The notes beneath the pieces were generated by a model. It had not been told where the DNA came from and searched no databases. It was given only the letters and a program-made list of their open reading frames with translations. 24,000 bases of DNA from an uncultured Pseudomonadales bacterium (GTDB taxonomy: Bacteria; Patescibacteriota; Microgenomatia; UBA1400; PJMF01), in assembly GCA_964464985.1 (NCBI GenBank), contig CAYXJQ010000007.1:8150-32149 (forward strand), read 5' to 3'. Of this stretch, positions 16,183-23,280 are shown in pieces (positions within the stretch are counted from its first letter, which is position 1; every line of letters begins with the position of its first letter). The position numbers and the translations under genes are program-made.

Positions 16183-17400
16183 ATGATTGATTTAGTTACT
16201 CTTAAACTAATAGCTGGCAACGGTGGTAGAGGAAAAATTTCTTTTCGTCGTGAAAAACATGTACCTAAAGGTGGTCCCGATGGAGGTGATGGTGGCGATG
16301 GAGGCTCTATCATTATTCGGGCTAGTAATGCTATTTCAACCCTACGTCAGTATGCAGGAGTTAAAGAAATTACAGCTAAAGATGGTCAAACGGGTCGTAA
16401 GCGCAAGCAACATGGGCAGCAAGCTAAGGATATATTAGTTGAGGTTCCAGTGGGGACTACTGTAACTTTATTGGCAGAAAATAAAACTAGTGCTTATCGA
16501 AGACAGCGTTATGGTTTTGTTAATGAAGATGGTAGTCAAAGATTATTGAGATCGGCAGATTTACAACTAGGCCAAGTGCCTAGTGGCCATATTGCTCGTC
16601 AGCGTTATTTTATTGATTACGATGTGGCTGATGGTAATCTCAATTTAGAACCAGATAAAATTCAAGTTTTAGCAGAACCAGAAGAAATTTGTCAATTAAT
16701 GGAGTCTGGTCAAGAACTAGTACTTTGTCAGGGAGGTTTTGGTGGACGGGGTAATACCCATTTTAAAAGTAGCAAAAAGACTACTCCTCGTGAAGCAGAA
16801 CATGGTACTTTTGGGGAACGAAAACTAATTAAATTGGAATTGAAGTTATTAGCAGACTTAGCTCTTGTCGGTTTTCCTAATGCTGGAAAGAGTACTTTCT
16901 TATCAAAGGTGACTGCCGCTAATCCTAAAATAGCTAGCTATCCTTTTACTACTTTAGAGCCCAATTTAGGAATTATGAGAGTGAAAAAATCAACTCAAGA
17001 AATAGTGGTGGCTGACATACCTGGTTTAATTAAGGGTGCTAGTCAAGGAAAGGGCTTAGGGCATGACTTTTTGCGCCATATTGAGAATTGCCAAGCACTA
17101 ATGTACGTACTTTTTCTAGAGGAAAGCACTGTATTTGATAGTTCTTTGTCACTTAAAGATAAAAGCCGACTGCTTTGGGACCAATATCAAAGCCTTAATT
17201 TAGAGCTTAGTCAACACGATGTTGGTTTGTTAAAAAAACCGAACATAGTGACACTTAATAAAACGGATTTATATTCTCCAGAAGAAATAGAGATTTTTAG
17301 GAAGGCTTTTAAAAAACAAAAAATTGACCTATTAAGCTTTAGCGCCATTACGGGTCAAGGTTTAGAAAACATAGTAGAAGCTGTTGAAAAGCTGTTTTAG
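16183..17400 (+). CDS. obg: GTPase Obg/CgtA, with an enlarged Obg-fold domain and no C-terminal extension domain
   Basis: 405 aa. The glycine-rich Obg fold is GNGGRGKISFRREKHVPKGGPDGGDGGDGGSIII. The GTPase motifs are G1 GFPNAGKST, G3 DIPGLI and G4 NKTD. Confidence 0.95.
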   Translation: MIDLVTLKLIAGNGGRGKISFRREKHVPKGGPDGGDGGDGGSIIIRASNAISTLRQYAGVKEITAKDGQTGRKRKQHGQQAKDILVEVPVGTTVTLLAENKTSAYRRQRYGFVNEDGSQRLLRSADLQLGQVPSGHIARQRYFIDYDVADGNLNLEPDKIQVLAEPEEICQLMESGQELVLCQGGFGGRGNTHFKSSKKTTPREAEHGTFGERKLIKLELKLLADLALVGFPNAGKSTFLSKVTAANPKIASYPFTTLEPNLGIMRVKKSTQEIVVADIPGLIKGASQGKGLGHDFLRHIENCQALMYVLFLEESTVFDSSLSLKDKSRLLWDQYQSLNLELSQHDVGLLKKPNIVTLNKTDLYSPEEIEIFRKAFKKQKIDLLSFSAITGQGLENIVEAVEKLF

Positions 17401-19481
17401 TTAAGAGTTTCTTCTTCAGAAGTTAATCTATTTTCGCGTAATAAATTTGAGGTTTCTTGTTCGTTGAGTAGGTTAGTGAGGCTAGAATCTTCTGTTGCCT
17501 CTAATAATGGTTCTGCTCCTGGATCAATTATTTCAGGTTCTAAATTCAAAACTTGAGATTCAGCTTGTGGTTGAAGCGCTTGTGTTTCAGCTTGAGTTCG
17601 TAATTGATCAGCTTGTTCACTGACTATAACTAATTCTTTTTCAACTATAGTGTAATCTTCTAAATCAGTTTCCGGATTGATAAGGATGAGGGCTTGTTGT
17701 AGAGCATTTTCTGCCTCTAAAATTTGTCCGCCTTGAATGTAAGCTTGAGCCAAATTGTAGTAGGCAACAGCTAAATCTGGTTTTCTCTCAATTGCTTGAA
17801 TAAAGAAATTGCTTGCTTGTTCCCATTGTTCAAGTCTCATAAGTAATAATCCGAGATTCATTCTAATTAAAGGATCATTGGGACTTGTTAGAACAGCTTG
17901 AGACAGAGATTCAAAAGCCAACTGGCTAGCATCTTCGGTAACTTCTAGAAGTTGTAAATATACGTTGGTTAACACCAACCAGTTTTGATAAAATTTTGGT
18001 TGTAAAATTGTTGCCGCCCTAGCTTCGGTAATAGCAACATTAATTAATTCTAGTACTTGCTCTTGATCTACTGGAGTAATATCTGTCTTGTTTGATAGAG
18101 CTATTGCCAACTCTAGAGAGGTGGTTGCATAATTTCGTCGCCAAATTGCTGAACGGTTAGCTAAGTTGCGTGCTTGTTCTTGTTTAATAAAAGCAAGGTT
18201 AAAATCTTCTTTGCTTGCAGCTACTGTAGCTTGGTAGGTGGCAGCATGAGCCGCATAATTTAGGGCAAGTTGATAACTTAGAAAAATCACTCCCGTCATA
18301 AACAAAAGTGAAATTGTGGTGAAAGTATAGCGATTGGCTTTATTATTAGGTTGTAGATTAAATGGATCAAAAAGATTATTGAAGGAAAATTTTTTAATTT
18401 TATAGTTATCTAAATTAGCTGCCAGATAGAAACTGATGACTAAAGCTAATAAGCCTAACATCAATATATTGAGAGGTAAAATTATTTGCCAGATAATTGC
18501 TGTAATAATAAAATATTTAAGCACTTGAGCCCTTTGAGTTTTTTTAATATTTACTAAAGCTATAGTTCTAGATACGAAGAATAACCAACTCAAAAACGCT
18601 AATAGGCCACCACTTACAATTAAAGTGAGAGGAAAAGCAGTGGCGCTTTCAAAACTAAGTTGCCAAAACTCAGAAGTATTGAGCCAAGCTGGTTTAAGTA
18701 AATGAAAAGCTTGTCCATAACTATTTGGGCCAAAACCAAACAAAGCAGTGCGACTAACTACCAAACTTTCTCTAGCAATAGCTATGCTGGCTGGAAGTGG
18801 CAACAATATTGGACTAGTTTCTTGGCTGGGTAGAGCGGCATATATATTAATGCCCAAGCCAATAACTAAGGTAGCAATGATTGTTTTTTGCAAGATGCTT
18901 GATCTTTGGTTTTTAGATAAAACATTGGTCATTATTAGGGCAGAGAGTAGTTGAATGTTTAACAAAACTCCACCACTTAGGCTAAAAGAGAGGTTGTTGG
19001 GAAATTCAAAAACACTTAGTTGGTTAAAAATTTGACTAAAACCAAATCCGAACAATTGTAGTATTGAGCCAAAAACAATAATTAGTCCAGCAACATTAAG
19101 AACCTGTATTAGTTTTTGACTATGGTCTTTTTTGATTAGGGTTGGCGCGAAAACGATAATAGTGGCGAAACTCAAGAAAAAACCACCCCAGCCAACCAAT
19201 TGATCGAAGGGGTATTGATGAGTAACCAAGCTACTCAACAAGATACTTCCAGCAAAAAGAATTAGAGGTAATACTAAGGGATTAGAGCTAATTAGCCACT
19301 TTTTTTCTTTAAAACTCTGCACGATGTAAGTGGCCAGAGTACCTAAAGCTAAGAAAAATAACAGTATGCCTTTGGTATTAACGAAAGGATTATTAATGGA
19401 GGGGATTAAAAAAACAGGTAACAGAAATACTAAGATTAAAGTGAACAAGGTAAAGGCGTTTGTTTTATTGTTTTTAAACAT
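17397..19481 (-). CDS. Polytopic membrane protein with a C-terminal TPR domain; candidate Wzy/WaaL (O-antigen ligase/polymerase)-like or GT-C-type glycan transferase
   Basis: 694 aa. There are roughly 10-12 hydrophobic helices in the first ~410 aa. The motif ARESLVVSRTALFGFGPNSYGQAF resembles the R...(P)xFGxGxxxF motif of O-antigen-ligase-family proteins. TPR-like repeats are present (DLAVAYYNLAQAYIQGGQILEAENALQQAL), followed by an acidic tail. The family assignment is tentative. Confidence 0.6.
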   Translation of the reverse strand: MFKNNKTNAFTLFTLILVFLLPVFLIPSINNPFVNTKGILLFFLALGTLATYIVQSFKEKKWLISSNPLVLPLILFAGSILLSSLVTHQYPFDQLVGWGGFFLSFATIIVFAPTLIKKDHSQKLIQVLNVAGLIIVFGSILQLFGFGFSQIFNQLSVFEFPNNLSFSLSGGVLLNIQLLSALIMTNVLSKNQRSSILQKTIIATLVIGLGINIYAALPSQETSPILLPLPASIAIARESLVVSRTALFGFGPNSYGQAFHLLKPAWLNTSEFWQLSFESATAFPLTLIVSGGLLAFLSWLFFVSRTIALVNIKKTQRAQVLKYFIITAIIWQIILPLNILMLGLLALVISFYLAANLDNYKIKKFSFNNLFDPFNLQPNNKANRYTFTTISLLFMTGVIFLSYQLALNYAAHAATYQATVAASKEDFNLAFIKQEQARNLANRSAIWRRNYATTSLELAIALSNKTDITPVDQEQVLELINVAITEARAATILQPKFYQNWLVLTNVYLQLLEVTEDASQLAFESLSQAVLTSPNDPLIRMNLGLLLMRLEQWEQASNFFIQAIERKPDLAVAYYNLAQAYIQGGQILEAENALQQALILINPETDLEDYTIVEKELVIVSEQADQLRTQAETQALQPQAESQVLNLEPEIIDPGAEPLLEATEDSSLTNLLNEQETSNLLRENRLTSEEETLN

Positions 19482-19547
19482 ATTTTCCAGGCTAGTTAAT
19501 TGTTTTTTTTACTAGTTTATACTACACTAAATACACAAACAATTTCT

Positions 19548-20270
19548 ATGTTTAATATAGCGAAAAAAACTCCTAAAGTGAAGCGGCAGTTATCCAAAAA
19601 ACTAGAGAAAAAGTGGCAAAAAGGTGTTACTCTGATAGAGGTATTAATGGTGGTGGCCATTCTTTTAGTGTTGATGATAGCTCTTTATCATACTATAGGT
19701 CGTGAAATAGATAAATCCAGGGATGCTAATCGTAAAAAAGACCTGAAAGAAATAAAAATTGCGTTTGAGAATTATTATAATGATCATGGCTGTTATCCTC
19801 AGGATAATATTTTAGAGAATTGTGGGGGAGGGGAATTAAGACCTTATTTGCCAGAAATTCCCTGTGACCCTTTGGGTTTTCCTTATTTATATTTACCAAT
19901 ATCTGATATTTTTGCTAATAATAACTGTGGTGGCTACAGAGTGCTAACTCGTATAGGTATTCTTAATGATCCTGATATAGAAGCAGTTGGTTGCCCAGAG
20001 GGCTGTGGAGGGATACCAGCGGGAATTTCTTCACCAGAAAGCTATAATTACGGCATAGCTGAAGGACTGGCGCTTGATCAAACCCCTCCGCCAGTAGATA
20101 CGATAGATCCTTCTTTATGTACTCCTGAAGCTCATTGTTATTGTTGTCCTGCTCCAGGAGACCAATGCAATTCTTGGTGGCCAGCAGGGGGAGGGGTTTG
20201 TAGTGTGGGCGGACCATACAGGACACTAGATGATTGTTATAACAACACAGAATGCAATCAGTTTTATTAA
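19548..20270 (+). CDS. Type IV pilin / pseudopilin-like protein with a long basic leader and a Cys-rich C-terminal region
   Basis: The track ORF starts at TTG 19500, but I prefer ATG 19548 (MFNIAKKTPKVKRQLSKKLEKKWQKG/VTLIEVLMVVAILLVL). It has a class III (prepilin) signal with G at -1 and E at +5. The GspG-like block RDANRKKDLKEIKIAFENYYNDHGCYP follows. The mature part has 14 Cys. Confidence 0.8.
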   Translation: MFNIAKKTPKVKRQLSKKLEKKWQKGVTLIEVLMVVAILLVLMIALYHTIGREIDKSRDANRKKDLKEIKIAFENYYNDHGCYPQDNILENCGGGELRPYLPEIPCDPLGFPYLYLPISDIFANNNCGGYRVLTRIGILNDPDIEAVGCPEGCGGIPAGISSPESYNYGIAEGLALDQTPPPVDTIDPSLCTPEAHCYCCPAPGDQCNSWWPAGGGVCSVGGPYRTLDDCYNNTECNQFY

Positions 20271-20285
20271 TTTTTAAAAGTAGTT

Positions 20286-20834
20286 ATGTTGACAAAACGT
20301 CTAAATAAACAGCAATTATCCTCAGGATTTACACTATTGGAATTATTGGTGGTCATGATAATCTTAGCTTTGCTGGCAGGCATAGGGTTGATGTCTTTTG
20401 GTACTGTACAACAAAAATCTAGAGATAGTGCTCGTAAACAAGATTTAACCAGTATTTCTAAAGCGCTAGAGCTTTACTACAATGATTACGGATCTTATCC
20501 TCTCTCTAGTCCCATAGATGGACAAATTGAGGGCTGTGGAATGGATGCAGAAGAAACATGTGAGTGGGGAGAAATTTGGTCCAATAGTTCTGATGACACC
20601 TTATACATGAACATGCTGCCCAAAGATCCTTTGGTAGATTGGAAATATTACTATCGTCAAGTGAACAGTGGTTATTATCTTTTTGCTCGTTTGGAAAATG
20701 AAGAGGATCCGTCGATAGCGCTTAGTGGTGGTGATCCAGCTTTTTATGCAAACACTAATTGTACTGGAGAAAGTGATAGTTGTAATTATGTGATTAAGAG
20801 TAGTAATTTGAGTGAAGAGCCTACAATATTTTAA
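20286..20834 (+). CDS. Type IV pilin / pseudopilin-like protein
   Basis: 182 aa. The prepilin signal is MLTKRLNKQQLSSG/FTLLELLVVMIILALLAGIGL, followed by RDSARKQDLTSISKALELYYNDYGSYP. It has 4 Cys. Confidence 0.85.
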   Translation: MLTKRLNKQQLSSGFTLLELLVVMIILALLAGIGLMSFGTVQQKSRDSARKQDLTSISKALELYYNDYGSYPLSSPIDGQIEGCGMDAEETCEWGEIWSNSSDDTLYMNMLPKDPLVDWKYYYRQVNSGYYLFARLENEEDPSIALSGGDPAFYANTNCTGESDSCNYVIKSSNLSEEPTIF

Positions 20835-20857
20835 AATTAATGGGCAAGGTTTAAACT

Positions 20858-21331
20858 ATGATAAAAATTAGCAAGTCTAATCAAAGAAAAAAAGCTTTTA
20901 CTCTTATAGAATTATTAATAGTTATTGCTGTAATAGGTGTTTTAATAGCAATAATTTTACCTAATTTAATTGGAATGCGTGAGCGAGCAAGAGACAGTAA
21001 GAGAAAAAATGATTTAGCACAGCTAAAAACTGCTCTTAGGATGTATTTTAATGATTATAATAGTTACCCCCAGTCTTCTATTGATGAAAAAATTTGTTGC
21101 AGCGATCCCATTACTTGCGATCAATGTATTGACAGTATTTTTGCAGTAGCTGGTCAGACATATACCAAAGACTTGCCTGAAATCTATACATATACACCAA
21201 GAAATGCTGGACAAGGTTTTTTATTGAGTACCATCTTAGAGAATGCTTCAGATAAAGATATAGAAGCTAGTGTCGCTCGTTGTCAGGTGGTTTCATCAAC
21301 ACCCAACACTTTCTACATTTGTGAAGATTAA
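20858..21331 (+). CDS. Type IV pilin / pseudopilin-like protein (Ala at the -1 cleavage position)
   Basis: 157 aa. The prepilin signal is MIKISKSNQRKKA/FTLIELLIVIAVIGVLIAIILPNL, followed by ARDSKRKNDLAQLKTALRMYFNDYNSYP. It has 6 Cys. AAGG lies ~10 nt upstream of the ATG. Confidence 0.85.
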   Translation: MIKISKSNQRKKAFTLIELLIVIAVIGVLIAIILPNLIGMRERARDSKRKNDLAQLKTALRMYFNDYNSYPQSSIDEKICCSDPITCDQCIDSIFAVAGQTYTKDLPEIYTYTPRNAGQGFLLSTILENASDKDIEASVARCQVVSSTPNTFYICED

Positions 21332-21340
21332 TGATTCACA

Positions 21341-22489
21341 TTAAAGGTTTAGGCCTTCTAGATTGATGCCTTGGAATTCTAAGCCGCCGCCTTCACCGTC
21401 TTCTCCAATATTTAAGGCAGGTGTTTGACACCACTCTCCAGTTATTGAATTCTTGACAATAGCAATTTGATATTGATATTTGTTGCCTGCAGTCGTTGAA
21501 TCATCAGTATATTCGCGCAGGGATGAAGAGACATTAGTATCCAAATCAGTAAATCCTGCATCATTAACATTGCGTTGGATGATGAATTTTTCTACGTCTG
21601 TCAGTTCTGTATCCCATAAAATTAGTAGTTCTGTATTTTCAGCATTTCTTTTTAACAAGCAACTGGTTGGACGTTTCGGACCAAGATTGGCTGTGGTAAA
21701 ACTTCCAGAAGTAGACCAATTACCTACACCACCCTGATTGTCAGAAAATCTAATACGCCAATAATAAGTAGTGCCGTTAAAAGATAGGGTGCTACCGCCA
21801 TAAGTTATGTTAGGAGATCTGGAGCCAATAGCTGTATCAGTCATAGTTTGCAAGCCACTATCCCACATGCTGGTGCCATCAAAGTTTGTTGAAGTGTTGA
21901 CTTGAACCTGATAGTAAGTGCCATAGTCTCCTGTATTTGGATCTTGAAAAACAGCGCTAAAATAAGGGCTAGTGGTTTCAACTCCAGTTGGATTAGTTAG
22001 TCCATTTGCTAATAAACTAGTTGGAGTTGTGGGAGGAACATTCATACTAAATGAAGCAATGCTTGACCAAGCACCTTCTGTATCTTCTCTATCGTAGAAT
22101 CTAATTCGCCAATAATAAGTGTTCCCATCTAAAGATAAAGTATCTCCAGAATATGTTATATCAGGAGACCTGACGCCAATAGCTGTATTGGTCATTGAAA
22201 CTTTACCGCTATCCCACATACTACCAGATAGATCAGCTGTTTCAAAAACTTGTAGTTGATAATACATTCCATAATCATCTGTATCTGGATCTTGAAAAAC
22301 AGCGCTAAATTCTGGCGAAGTATCGGTAATGCCAGTGGGATTTGTTTGACCCTCGCACAAAAGAGATGTTGGAGCTGTAGGTGGGGTGCCATAAGAAGCC
22401 TGAGCTGAACTAGTCATAGTTAAGTAGGCTAAAGTTATCACAATTGAGTAGAAAACTTTTAGGGTTTTCTTATTTTTTTGTTTAATCAT
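21341..22489 (-). CDS. Secreted protein with two tandem FN3-like domains of the rhamnosidase-N-terminal type plus a third FN3-like domain
   Basis: 382 aa with the signal peptide LKVFYSIVITLAYLTMTSSAQA/SY. Residues 36-149 and 152-266 are paralogous repeats matching the pattern SP.FSAVFQDP....YG.YYQ.QV.......MWDSG......TAIG.RSP.ITY.G.TLS..G.TYYWRIRF.D. This echoes the P.FSW...Q.aY.i.v...lWDSGkv.s....v.Y.G..L.s...YyW.V motif of GH78-associated FN3-like domains. The start overlaps the upstream gene's stop by 8 nt. Confidence 0.8.
   Translation of the reverse strand: MIKQKNKKTLKVFYSIVITLAYLTMTSSAQASYGTPPTAPTSLLCEGQTNPTGITDTSPEFSAVFQDPDTDDYGMYYQLQVFETADLSGSMWDSGKVSMTNTAIGVRSPDITYSGDTLSLDGNTYYWRIRFYDREDTEGAWSSIASFSMNVPPTTPTSLLANGLTNPTGVETTSPYFSAVFQDPNTGDYGTYYQVQVNTSTNFDGTSMWDSGLQTMTDTAIGSRSPNITYGGSTLSFNGTTYYWRIRFSDNQGGVGNWSTSGSFTTANLGPKRPTSCLLKRNAENTELLILWDTELTDVEKFIIQRNVNDAGFTDLDTNVSSSLREYTDDSTTAGNKYQYQIAIVKNSITGEWCQTPALNIGEDGEGGGLEFQGINLEGLNL
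21692..22384 (-). repeat. Intragenic tandem duplication of two ~345-nt units, each encoding an FN3-like domain
   Basis: Unit 1 spans 22043-22384 and unit 2 spans 21692-22036. My hand alignment of the encoded peptides gives 71 identical residues out of 114 aligned positions with one 1-residue gap. Confidence 0.8.
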
Positions 22490-23168
22490 TCTGTCTTTTT
22501 ATAAATTTTTGCTTTATTTCTTCTATCTTATTAACTACTTTTTCGTTTTTACTGAGTATGACGCCACCTATTATTAGGCCTACAATAATGACAGTTACAA
22601 TTAGATATGTAACTAATTGTTTAGTTTTAATCTTACTGAGCCAATTAGTTTGAGTAGCAAATAATTTATTATTTTCATCTTCTGGTTCAATTTCTGCAAA
22701 GTCTTCTCCTAGAGATAAAGTACTTAAAGTCACTTCTTGTTCATTTGTATCATTCTGAGTTTCTAAACTAGAAAAATTTTCATTTTTTTCTAATTTAGCC
22801 TGAATATTATAAAAACCATCTTCTAAATTTAAAACACTAAAGAGTACAAACCAGTTCCCATATTGGTCAACAGTTGTTTCTAACTGTCTTTCTCCAAAAA
22901 TGATGGTGATTTTGGCTCCTGGTTGGGCTTGACCAGCTATTTTAACTGCATCGCCCTCAGTTACATGCACTCTGTTTGATTGGGTTTTATCGACAACCTC
23001 ATTATTAATTGCGACGTAATCTAGTATTGGTGCTGAATTTTGATTATTTTGACTAACAGATAGCGTATTAGCTTTAATCCCATTTGAATAAAAGAATCCA
23101 AGCCCAAGAATAATAAGGCCGATGATAATTGGGAGGTGTTTTTTTTTGGTTGGGTGAAATTTAGACAT
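22482..23168 (-). CDS. Bitopic surface protein: N-terminal signal/anchor, Ig-like beta domain, acidic spacer and C-terminal TM anchor
   Basis: 228 aa. The N-terminal hydrophobic segment is LPIIIGLIILGLGFFY. The segment VHVTEGDAVKIAGQAQPGAKITIIFGERQLETTVDQYGNWFVLFSVLNLEDGFYNIQA resembles bacterial Ig-like (Big) domains. The C-terminal TM is LVTYLIVTVIIVGLIIGGVILS, followed by a basic tail. Confidence 0.65.
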   Translation of the reverse strand: MSKFHPTKKKHLPIIIGLIILGLGFFYSNGIKANTLSVSQNNQNSAPILDYVAINNEVVDKTQSNRVHVTEGDAVKIAGQAQPGAKITIIFGERQLETTVDQYGNWFVLFSVLNLEDGFYNIQAKLEKNENFSSLETQNDTNEQEVTLSTLSLGEDFAEIEPEDENNKLFATQTNWLSKIKTKQLVTYLIVTVIIVGLIIGGVILSKNEKVVNKIEEIKQKFIKRQND

Positions 23169-23280
23169 TTTTTTAATTTAAACTAATACTATAATAATAA
23201 CAGTTTATTGTAAGTTTTACATTTTGAAAACAAGCAATTGATGCATGATGCTTTTTTGTGATATTTATACATAATTATAT

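Noticed and set aside
19500-19547. TTG start at 19500 for the first pilin, as given in the ORF track
   Set aside because: It would add MFFLLVYTTLNTQTIS, a hydrophobic and non-basic segment, in front of an otherwise typical basic prepilin leader. It would also leave only 18 bp to the divergent gene. ATG at 19548 gives a conventional, though long, class III leader. The start remains uncertain.
21692-22384. Diversity-generating retroelement (template/variable repeat) explanation for the two ~345-nt repeats
   Set aside because: No reverse transcriptase is present in the window. Both copies are in frame within one gene as whole-domain duplicates. The differences affect all residue types rather than a restricted set of codons.
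23169-23280. Terminator and promoter in the 112-bp gap between the first two genes of the right-hand surface operon
   Set aside because: Only a 5-bp stem (AAGCA/TGCTT) with a 12-nt loop and a TTGCTT-18-TACAAT match were found on the minus strand. Both are too weak in AT-rich DNA to report as features.
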